Part shown: positions 1 through 7,980 of the stretch, one piece after another
Numbering within the stretch: position 1 is the stretch's first letter
How the letters are laid out: every line of letters starts with the position of its first letter
Program-made: the position numbers and the translations under genes
Notes under the pieces: model-generated
Databases searched by the model: none
Told to the model about the DNA's origin: nothing
The model's input: the letters and a program-made list of their open reading frames with translations, nothing else
Source: Mycoplasmoidaceae bacterium
Lineage (GTDB): Bacteria; Bacillota_I; Bacilli_A; Mycoplasmatales; Mycoplasmoidaceae
Length of the DNA stretch: 24,000 nt
NCBI GenBank assembly: GCA_045617465.1
Contig: JAZLIQ010000003.1
Location: 15,738 to 39,737 of the forward strand
Reading direction: 5' to 3'

Positions 1-14
1 TTTAACCTCTTTTT

Positions 15-359
15 TTATTCATCATCGTCATCATCAAAGATGGCTGCCTCATCAGAATCAGAACCAAAGAACATGTCTCCTGATCTGATTGTAGTGTCTC
101 CACCTGAACCGAAGAACATATCTCCTGATTTTATAGTTGTTGATCCATCTGAACCAAAATACATATCTCCAGATTTGATGGTTGTTTTACCATCTGATCC
201 AAAAAACATATCACCTGATTTAATAGTAGTAGTTCCATCAGAACTAAAGAACATATCACCAGATCTGATTGTAGTTTTACCATCAGAACCAAAGTACATG
301 TTTCCTGATTTTATAGTTGTAGTACCTTTATGTTTTCCCATAACTACCTCTACTTTCAT
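15..359 (-). CDS. Tandem-repeat protein of unknown function: six 15-aa units G-x-T-T-I-[KR]-S-G-[DN]-M-[FY]-F-[GS]-S-[DG] followed by an acidic tail AAIFDDDDDE
   Basis: 114-codon ORF with genome-typical A/T-ending codons on the - strand. GAGG (347-350) lies 5 nt upstream of an internal ATG (339-341), which is probably the real start because a TATAAT box (358-363, - strand) overlaps the first ATG (357-359). The mirror ORF on the + strand uses atypical codons (ctg, gtg, ccg, aag). Confidence 0.7.
   Translation of the reverse strand: MKVEVVMGKHKGTTTIKSGNMYFGSDGKTTIRSGDMFFSSDGTTTIKSGDMFFGSDGKTTIKSGDMYFGSDGSTTIKSGDMFFGSGGDTTIRSGDMFFGSDSDEAAIFDDDDDE
57..326 (-). repeat. 6 x 45-bp in-frame tandem repeat inside the CDS at 15-359
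   Basis: Residues 12-101 of the - strand protein form six consecutive 15-aa units, and the period is also visible in the + strand shadow ORF. Units are diverged at the DNA level (not identical copies). Confidence 0.9.
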
Positions 360-370
360 TATATCTTATT

Positions 371-408
371 AAAAAAGAAAAAAGAAGGGGTTAACCCTTC
401 TTCTTTTT
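371..408. terminator. Bidirectional rho-independent terminator (stem 382-389 / 395-402, loop 390-394) flanked by an A-run and a T-run
   Basis: AAGAAGGG / CCCTTCTT pair as an 8-bp stem. The T-run is read on the - strand (complement of 371-381), directly downstream of the SWIB gene stop at 423-425. Confidence 0.75.
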
Positions 409-422
409 GAAAGTCAAATTAA

Positions 423-674
423 CTATTTCTTAAGTTCTTTGCTCATACAAGAAGCAAGAGCAAACATACTGATTTGTTTCTTTCCACCAAATAATGGTTT
501 TAATTTTGCATCAGCATTGATCATTCTTTTATTCTTCTTGTCTTGAAGTTTGTGAGCTTTAATGTAAGCTCATACTTTCTTAACTGCTTGTGGTCTAGTA
601 ACTTTACCAGCACCAATAACAGCTGCTAATTTAGCAGTAGGAGTTAATTTTTGTTCAGTAATACTTTTTCCCAT
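423..674 (-). CDS. Stand-alone SWIB/MDM2-domain protein (83 aa)
   Basis: My own reverse translation (this ORF is absent from the track because of an in-frame TGA) gives MGKSITEQKLTPTAKLAAVIGAGKVTRPQAVKKVWAYIKAHKLQDKKNKRMINADAKLKPLFGGKKQISMFALASCMSKELKK. It matches the SWIB pattern L..(i/v)(v/i)G....(p)R.e(v/i).KK(l/m)W.YIK...LQD..NKR.I..D.KL...FG....(i/v).MF, as in the small chlamydial SWIB proteins. The length is 252 nt, in frame. AAAGGA precedes the ATG, and a TATAAT box lies at 695-700 (- strand). Confidence 0.85.
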
Positions 675-797
675 AAGGAATTCCTTTCTTAATAATTATA
701 TACCTAATTCCCTTATAAATAACAATCTGATTTTTAATAAAATTGAAAAAATTTTATCATCGTTTTGTTTAGATTTCATCTACTTTTTAGAAGATTG

Positions 798-846
798 AAA
801 AAATTTTTTTTAAATTTTACAAATTTTTAGGTGAATAAGTATATGG
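798..846 (+). promoter_or_regulatory. Copy 1 of a 49-bp conserved upstream element (A/T tract + TTTTAGGTGAATAAGTATATGG core); candidate non-canonical promoter
   Basis: Gap-free alignment to 22444-22492 gives 46/49 identities. The exact 22-nt core at 825-846 equals 22471-22492. Flanking sequence is unrelated. Confidence 0.6.
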
Positions 847-849
847 GAG

Positions 850-1086
850 GTGATTTATATAAAACTGTTGACTATTAATCAAAAGAAGCAAAAAGCAGGC
901 GGTTCATTTTATGCTATTGCTTTAGGTATTGGTATTCTTGTTTCAACTGTATCTAGTTTAGTAATGAATGCGATCAGCGCCTCAAGACCAGCTGATCAAC
1001 AAACTACAAACTATGGTATGAGAAGAACAACCATTATGCGTTTGTCACCAGTACCAACACGAAGTACGTTATCTATTATTGGCTAA
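850..1086 (+). CDS. Small hypothetical membrane protein (78 codons, GTG start uncertain), with one predicted TM helix FYAIALGIGILVSTVSSLVMNAI
   Basis: ORF directly downstream of the conserved element and of GGGAGG (845-850). It has a hydrophobic core segment. The start codon is ambiguous (GTG 850, ATT 853, TTG 868) and I recognise no homology. Confidence 0.4.
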   Translation: MIYIKLLTINQKKQKAGGSFYAIALGIGILVSTVSSLVMNAISASRPADQQTTNYGMRRTTIMRLSPVPTRSTLSIIG

Positions 1087-1171
1087 AGCTTAAAATTCAA
1101 CCCTCCATACAAATTTTCATTATATTGAGAAAGATAAAAGTAATATATTACTTTTATTTTTCTTTCTTGTG

Positions 1172-1180
1172 TGGTATAAT
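1172..1180 (+). promoter_or_regulatory. Extended -10 promoter (TGgTATAAT) of rpoD
   Basis: TG at 1172-1173 and TATAAT at 1175-1180, 24 nt upstream of the ATG at 1205. Confidence 0.6.
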
Positions 1181-1204
1181 AGTAAAACAAGGACTTATAT
1201 CCAC

Positions 1205-2572
1205 ATGGCTAAAAAACAAACTAAGAAAACAAAAGTAGCAAAGAAACGTGCTACTAAAAAAGTTGCTGTCAAAAAAACAGTTAAAAAAGTAAGTAAAAAG
1301 AAAGTAACTAAAAAAGTTGCTAAAGCTAAAAAAGCCCCTGCTAAACAAAAAATTATTAAAACAACAACCCCTAGAATTCAAATTCTAGAATCTTATTCTA
1401 AACATAAGATGATTTCTGAATTCGAATTTAAAGATATCGAAAAGAAAATCATCCAAACTGTTAAACTTAAAAAACGTAGTAGGAATGTTGTTGTATTAAA
1501 CAAGATCTTTTCTGAATTTGGTAGTTATGCTTTAACCAAAGAATTAACACAAAGATTATTTAATGACATTGTAAAACAAGGCATTACTATCAAAGGATTT
1601 GAAGGAAAGAAGTATTTCTCTCTTGCTGAAGCAGAGAAAATATTATCTACACAAAAATCTCAAAAAGTAAGTAAGATTACTACTCACGGTCCTAAAGGAA
1701 ATGACTATGATGGTGTTAAATCATTTTTAACAACGCTTGGTCAATCTAAAATGCTTTCTGCTGAACAAGAAGTAGAAATTGCAAAGATGTTAAACAGCAA
1801 AAATGAAATCGAAAGAAAATATGCTGTTGACCAATTAGTAACAAGTAACTTACGTCTTGTTACATCTATTGCTAAGAAATTCTTAAACCGTGGAATTGAA
1901 TTTGAAGATCTAATTCAAGAAGGAACAATGGGTTTAATGAAAGCCATTACTAAGTTTGATTACAAACTTGGACACAAGTTCTCAACTTATGCAACATGAT
2001 GAATTAGACAAGCTATCACGAGAGCAATTTCAGATCAATCAAAGATTATTAGAATTCCTGCTCACATGATTGAAACTATTCACCGTGTAACTAATGCAGA
2101 AAAAGAATTAACACAAAGGCTAGGTCGCCAACCAACTGTTGAAGAAATTACTGAAGAACTTGGTGGACAAGCTGCTGGATTTACAACAAGAAAAGTTGCT
2201 AACATTAAACGTATTCACATTGACCCAGTATCTCTAGATAAAACTGTTGGTTCTGATGAAGATAGTCAAATTTCAGACTTTGTTAAAGAAGATGTTTTAA
2301 CTTCCCCAGTTCAATATACAAAGGAGTCTTTATTAAAAGAAGACATTAACCAATTGTTCAAAGTTACTTTAACTCCTGAAGAAGAAAAGATTATGAGAAT
2401 GAGATATGGACTTGCTCCATATACATATGTTCACAGTTTGGATGAAGCTGCAGAGAAATTAAAAATTCCTCGTGAACAAGTCAGACAAATTGAAGCTAAA
2501 GCTACAAGAAAACTTAAACACCCATCAAAATCAAAGAAATTAAGAAGTTACATTTTAGATGAACAGAATTAA
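1205..2572 (+). CDS. rpoD: RNA polymerase primary sigma factor (sigma-70/SigA) with a lysine-rich N-terminal extension
   Basis: ORFs 1169-1999 and 2066-2572 are in the same frame and are joined by TGA TGA (1997-2002), giving [28 protein letters not shown] (regions 2.3-2.4). Also present are region 2.1-2.2 [38 protein letters not shown] and region 4 [29 protein letters not shown]. The ATG at 1205 lies downstream of the -10 box. Confidence 0.95.
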
Positions 2573-3218
2573 ACAAATTAGTAGTTTAATTGACAAATGT
2601 CAATGCGTATATGACGTTGGTTCAGATCATGCATTACTTGCAATTGACCTACTAAAAACAAGAAAAGTTAAACAAGTTGTCAACATTGAAAAAAACTGAC
2701 AACCTCACAATGCCGGTAAGGCTAATTTAGCTAAAAATCACTTAACAACTAAAACCATCAATGTTTTAAACGATGGTTTAAAAAATATCACATCAAAAGT
2801 TTTTGTTCAACCTAATTGTATTGTTATTGCGGGCATGGGAGCAAAAACCATTATTGATATTCTTAAAACAAAAGACCAAAAACTAAATAAGGATATTAAA
2901 TATTACCTTGAAGCTAATTGTGATGTTGATGAATTAAGAAAATATCTTGCTAAAGAAAAATGAGAAATTCTTTGAGAAACAACTTGCTTGGATAGAACAA
3001 AGTTCTACCAAATTATTTGTGCTGAGCAAGCAAATAAATCACACAAACTTACTAACTTCGAGGCAAACTTTGGTTCTTCTTCTAATCAACTAGACAAAAA
3101 AACATGACTACAATATCTAAAAGCAACAATGAAGAAAATTGAAGCTAAAAAATTAGATAAAGTTTCTGATAAATTTAAATCTTTATACAAACAGCTTAAA
3201 CAAAAGGTTAAAAAATAA
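2559..3218 (+). CDS. trmK: tRNA (adenine(22)-N1)-methyltransferase TrmK (YqfN family)
   Basis: Not in the track as one ORF because it has 4 in-frame TGA. Translation is [32 protein letters not shown]...CIVIAGMGAKTIIDIL...YYLEAN...KFYQIICAEQ, matching the TrmK motifs D(I/V)GSDHA(Y/L)L and I(T/V)IAGMGG. It overlaps the rpoD stop. The sigA-trmK-NIF3 order matches Bacillus. Confidence 0.85.
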
Positions 3219-3985
3219 TGACAATTAAAACTATTACAAATTATTTGCTGAAGCAATATCCTATTTCCCTTCAAGAAGAATGAGATGAATCTGGATTTCT
3301 AAATCGAGGTAATTTGAATCAAGAAACAAAAAAAGTTTTTGTGTGTCTAGATTTAAATGAAAAAATTGTTGATGAAGCGATAAAACAAAAAGCTAAATTA
3401 ATTGTTTCTCATCATCCAATCTTTACAAAGAATCCTGATCATGAGTTGTCATCTTTTAATAAGAAACTTATTAAGAAGATTAAAGGAGCAAAAATTACTG
3501 TTTTATCTCTACACACATGTTTTGATAACTCAGATACAGGAATGAATTTTCTTGTTGCAACCAAGCTTCATTTAAACCAAATAGGTTGGTATAAGAAGAA
3601 TAAATTTGTTGTTGGCAATTTCAAGCAACCTTTAACAATTAAACAAATAGCTTCTTTATTTAGAAAAACATTTAAAGTTAGTTTACTAACCACAAATGGA
3701 AATATAAATGACAAATATAAAAAGATTGGTATTTGTGCCGGTGCTGGGTTATCAGTATTTGCAAAAAAATTTGATGAATTACAAAAACAAAAAATCTTGC
3801 TAGTTACTGGAGATATCAAACATCACGGATGACAAGATCTAGCTAATTACAAAATAACTGCTTTAGATGTTGGTCATGATCTTGAAAATTGTTTTAGTGA
3901 TTTCATTGCAAGCCTAATAAAACAAACATTTAAAAACTTATCTGTTTTATCAATTACAACAAGTAAAAAAGAAAGAGCGATTTAA
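3218..3985 (+). CDS. NIF3-family metal-binding protein (YqfO / GTP cyclohydrolase 1 type 2 homologue)
   Basis: The ATG overlaps the trmK stop (TAATG). N-terminus is MTIKTITNYLLKQYPISLQEEWDESGF, followed by ...LIVSHHPIF..., ...TGDIKHHGWQDL... and ...LDVGHDLENCF (NIF3 His clusters). ORF 3314-3832 is extended in frame on both sides across TGA. Confidence 0.85.
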
Positions 3986-3998
3986 TCGTTCTTTTTTT
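3971..3998 (+). terminator. Rho-independent terminator after the sigA-trmK-NIF3 unit
   Basis: Stem 3972-3980 / 3986-3994 (AAAGAGCGA / TCGTTCTTT, one G-U pair) with loop 3981-3985, followed by a T-run to 3998. Confidence 0.7.
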
Positions 3999-4039
3999 GA
4001 TAGTCATCAATATTTAATATTTACATTAAATATTCATTT

Positions 4040-4048
4040 TGTTATAAT
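4040..4048 (+). promoter_or_regulatory. Extended -10 promoter (TGtTATAAT) of the lipoprotein island
   Basis: TG at 4040-4041 and TATAAT at 4043-4048. GAGGA at 4054-4058 precedes the ATG at 4065. Confidence 0.55.
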
Positions 4049-4064
4049 TCTTTGAGGAAATATT

Positions 4065-5519
4065 ATGAAAAGAAAATGAATAACCTTACCTCTAGTTTCA
4101 ATTTTAACGGTATCAACACCATTAGTATCGTTGATAAGTTGTAGCAAACAAGAGGAAGAAGATCCAACAGTAGAAGACATTACTATTGATGAGTCAGAAA
4201 AACAACAAAGTGCTGATTTCATAAACAAAAAAGCAATGTATACATTTAGCTTTTCTGGCGAAGACGAAACAGCTATCCAACTAGAAATTATTGAACCAAC
4301 AAATGGTTCGATCAAATTTGACACTGGATATGACAATGTTGTAGTTAAAGATGGTAAATTTACAACAGTAATTATGTTTGATCAAGCTCCATCAACGACA
4401 ACTGATTGTCCATTTAGTTTAAAATGCAAATATACAGTTGGTGAAGAAACAAAAGAACAAACAATTGAGGATTTACATATTTGATATGTAAAACAAATTG
4501 ATATTGTTAGAAATGTTGCTAACTTTATTAATGATGTCGCAACATTTAACTTCATTTGACGTGGCGATGTTCCGACAGAACTAAAACCTGAATTGTTTTT
4601 AGTCTCACCAGAATCTGGACTTGAATTGGTATCTGATTCAGTTCAAGTAACAGGAGACACTTTTAGTGTAAAAGTTAAACGTACTGATGTAGTTTCACAT
4701 AGATTTGATATCAAATTTTCTTATGAGATACCAAATATCGGATCATTCGATGAAGTTGTTATCGGACTAACTGCTAGTGATGCGGGAGACCCTGCAGTTA
4801 CTTTCACTGGTGAGGATGATATGGATGGAATTACAAGAAATCTAGGTTCATCATATGGATGACAATCTGCTGCAATCTATAGTGGTTTTACAGCTAGCAA
4901 CATTGCTGATGTAAGTAATGACCTAGTTGTTACAGTAGCAGAAAAACCAGATGGCTCTGGGTCAACACATTTAGGTGAAATATATCCATATATTTATGAA
5001 ACTGCAACCAATGTTGATACACCATTTGAATTAGCATTATTCTTTGAAAACTGAAACGTAGTAGAAGGTACATATGAAATGGATGTAAGCATCAGTCTTG
5101 CTGGTACAAATGAACCATTATGGAGTGATACATTTTCTGTAACATTCGAAATGAGTATCACTCAACCAGCTGATGATCAACGTACTGTTTCAACAAGAAG
5201 CCACTTAGAAGAGTATTCTGCTACATTTAAGGGTTTCCAATTCTTACATGTGGATTTATCATATGATGATAAAATAAATAGATTAGTTACTTTATATGAT
5301 GTTGATGAGGGCAAAGACTTAAAAGAAGTTTATGACGATTATTCAATTGATTTTGTCTATGACTCAACTCAAGGTGAAAACCCAGATGTGATCCTCGAAG
5401 TTTATTTTGGTTTTTCACAAATTAAAAAGATGTCAATTAATTGTTCATTAACATTCACTTACCATAGTGAAAAAGTAATTGATGGTTCAACAGGTTACAA
5501 AATAAATAAAGGAATATAA
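4065..5519 (+). CDS. Surface lipoprotein A (484 aa), function unknown
   Basis: Signal peptide plus lipobox: MKRKWITLPLVSILTVSTPLVSLIS|C. ORFs 4131-4484, 4593-4862 and 5079-5519 are all in the frame of the ATG at 4065 and are joined by in-frame TGA. The mature part is acidic, Thr/Val/Asp-rich and looks beta-rich. Confidence 0.85.
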
Positions 5520-5568
5520 TTGTCTAATACATTTATAATAAATAGGTTTTCTTAAATAAGGAGAAATT

Positions 5569-6546
5569 ATGAAAAAAAGAAAAATATTAATGCCACTATT
5601 GTCTATAGCAAGTATTGGTTGTGTTGCACTGCCAATAGCTAGTTGTAGTTGTGGTCAACAAGGAAATGTTGATGTTAAATTAATCACCGAAGTAAAAGGA
5701 ATAACAATTGATAAAACAAAAGCAACTAAAGGTGAAAACTTTAGTGCTACTATTTCATCAGCAGCTACACCACTAATTGATATCAAATCTATTGAATGTA
5801 ATAATGCAGAAATTATTGTTAGAAATTATGATTTCACATTAAGTGATGACAGAATGTCAGGTGTGTTAACTGTTAAAGGTGAAAGCATTACTGGTGATGA
5901 TCTAACAATCACACTAATCACTGATCGCGAAGATGAATATCATTTATCAATAACTGATAATATTGATAATGCTAATTTATACATTCTTGATGAATGATTC
6001 GATAAAAGCCCTGTCCCAGGTGAAGATTTAAAATTGCGTTTTGCATCATACTACGGTGTTAGATGTAATATGGGCGATCCTGGTGAATACTACAAATTAT
6101 TTATTAATGGTAAAGAGTTTACCGGTGCTTATCGTGTAGAAGAATATGACTCACCTGAAGGTGGAACATATATCTTACATATTCCTGCTGCCAGTGTTGG
6201 TTTGATTAATGGAAACTTGAAACTAACAGTTACTCGTTTCACTTACATCATCCCACAAACTATGGATGGCAACGCTTGAGTTCTAAACTTAAAAGCTGAG
6301 GAAGACTTAGAATCTATCATTGCAAGTAGAGGAGAAGATTTATTTCTAGAAGTAGATTGAGATGAGGCACCTATTGCATATACAGGATTTGAAGTTTATG
6401 CAAACGGAATAAAGTTAAATGATGATGACTGATCATTTACAGAAGCTACTGATGAAGAAAGAGCAAAATGACCACAATATGAAGGTTATATTAAAATTCA
6501 TGGCGATTGTGTTCTTGACCCAATCAGTGTAAAAATTTTATATTAA
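5569..6546 (+). CDS. Surface lipoprotein B (325 aa), function unknown; shares an N-terminal module with lipoprotein C
   Basis: AAGGAG (5558-5563) lies 5 nt before the ATG. Signal peptide plus lipobox: MKKRKILMPLLSIASIGCVALPIAS|C. ORFs 5569-5997 and 6034-6279 are in frame, and the frame continues across further TGA codons to TAA at 6544-6546. A TATAAT box at 5534-5539 is a possible internal promoter. Confidence 0.85.
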
Positions 6547-6557
6547 GGAGATAAATT

Positions 6558-7949
6558 ATGAAAACAATTAATAAATTATTAATTTCGCTTGCTGCAGTAC
6601 CAACATTAGTTACTGCTGGTTCATTAGTTGGAAGCTGTGCATCAAATAATGGATCTAAAATTGACGCTGTGATTGTTGCGCCAGAAGATGTTATATTTAG
6701 TAACACTAAATTTGAGATTGGAAAAGATTTTACAACTGAAATTATTTTCCAAAGAGAAGATTACACAGTTGATACATTGTCAATTTCTCAAGATAATATT
6801 CCATTTAGTAGTGATATGTATGAATATACTGAATCTACTCATACATTACTAATCCGTGGTAAGTTTATTACTAAGGACAATTTAAAAATTGTATTAACAC
6901 AAAAACTTGGCAGTGTTAGCATTACTGTAGCACCACAACCAACAACAACTGACCCAATGGGTGATATAAGAAAAATTGATGGTAAATATTATTCTGTTGC
7001 AATTGTTAAAGGGTTCAAATGAAATAATTATGATCCAAATGAAACAATTTCAGCTATAGCATCAATGGGCGAAAACAATGATGCCCAAGTTGAAGCTAGC
7101 GTTGTTGATATGGATGAAAATGGTAACTTTGATGTTGCTTTAAAAATTTTATATCAAGACACTACCCTTATTGCTGCACCTGGGCCTTACAATTTCACTA
7201 TTGGTTTTATCCACCGTGGTAAAGTTGTTCCATTAACTGGGGTTTCAACATATCCTATATATTTCTATACTGGATTTGTTGAACCAGCTGAAGCCCCTAA
7301 GGTAGAAGTTAACTTTGCTGGTGAACCGACATATACTGTGACTTGAAGTGGTTGTGATATCGCACATTATGGTCGAGAATTAAGTACTATTAAAGCTGCT
7401 CTATATTCTCTTCTTGATGATTTTGATGTTTCTATTGATGGTGCCAATGCACATTCATTTAATATAAAAGCTACATCTAAATCAGGAAAAATAAATCTTG
7501 AACCACAAAGCCCTTCAACACGTATGCTATTGGAAAAAACCGATGGTACACTACTAACAGAACCATTTGACTTTAAATTTGACATTGGTCGTTATGTTAA
7601 CCCAGCAGTCGATACTAACCCATGAACAATTTCAAAAACAGCAGGAACTACACAAGTAACATTAGGTGTATTCGACTTACGTGGATGAGCTAACTATAAT
7701 ATTACTGACCCAACTAAATGAGATGTTAAAGTTGCATTCCAACAACTACCAAAAGGTGTTTCAAATCCAAGATTTGAACCTAATGGTGCTGTTGACAACA
7801 TGCATTACAACCTTGTTGTTGACTTCGACGCTACAGAAGCAGAAATTGGAACATCTGATGTATTACAAATGAGAATACATGAAGCTGGTCAAGAATACTG
7901 ATCAAGTACTGAAGCTGGATTAGAATACAAGATTGAAATCACTGAGTAA
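6558..7949 (+). CDS. Surface lipoprotein C (463 aa), function unknown
   Basis: AAGGAG (6545-6550) precedes the ATG. Signal peptide plus lipobox: MKTINKLLISLAAVPTLVTAGSLVGS|C. ORFs 6558-7022 and 7065-7346 are in frame, and the frame continues across several TGA codons to TAA at 7947-7949. Confidence 0.85.
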
Positions 7950-7952
7950 AAA

Positions 7953-7980
7953 AGAAAAATCGGTTTAAACCGATTTTTTT
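7953..7980. terminator. Bidirectional terminator between the convergent lipoprotein C and NifU-like genes
   Basis: Near-perfect palindrome AAAAATCGGTTT/AAACCGATTTTT (7955-7978) with an A-run on the left and a T-run on the right. It overlaps the last codons of the - strand gene. Confidence 0.8.

Noticed and set aside
57-326. Regular 45-bp periodicity that could suggest a CRISPR array
   Set aside because: The units are contiguous with no spacers, are diverged in a codon-wise manner, and lie entirely inside an ORF. There are no cas genes in the window.
40-372. 110-aa ORF on the + strand covering the 45-bp repeat region
   Set aside because: It is a mirror ORF kept open by the periodic repeat. 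It uses codons that are atypical for this genome (ctg, gtg, ccg, aag), has no RBS or promoter upstream, and gives a Pro/Ser/Val low-complexity product. The - strand ORF has a -10 box, GAGG and typical codons.
742-807. Exact 14-nt direct repeat ATTGAAAAAATTTT at 742-755 and 794-807
   Set aside because: It is a low-complexity A/T tract in an AT-rich divergent promoter region and could arise by chance. The second copy is already covered by the 49-bp element.
843-878. Conserved ATG at the end of both copies of the 49-bp element opens mini-ORFs (MGGDLYKTVDY at 843-878; a 25-codon ORF from 22489 overlapping the recA start out of frame)
   Set aside because: The two peptides share no similarity beyond Met. 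The conserved TATATGG is better explained as part of the promoter and initiation region than as a coding start.
841-1110. GGGAGG (845-850) at the 5' end of the small ORF and complementary CCCTCC (1101-1106) just after its stop, suggesting long-range RBS sequestration
   Set aside because: Only about 8 bp pair, with a bulge, across roughly 250 nt. This is too weak to claim without folding calculations or conservation. It is mentioned under the small-ORF finding only as context.
1154-1381. 75-aa - strand ORF antisense to the 5' end of rpoD
   Set aside because: It is the shadow of the AAA/AAG-rich Lys tract (it reads as a Phe/Leu/Ser-rich product), has no start context, and overlaps a well-supported gene.
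4009-4034. 10-bp inverted repeat AATATTTAAT…ATTAAATATT over the -35 region of the lipoprotein promoter
   Set aside because: It is composed only of A/T in an AT-rich intergenic region, so chance occurrence is plausible. It is kept only as a note.
7666-7872. 68-aa + strand ORF (and 9770-9967 in leuS) out of frame within a longer gene
   Set aside because: It is in a different frame from lipoprotein C (6558-7949), whose frame is continuous when TGA is read as Trp. There is no independent start signal.
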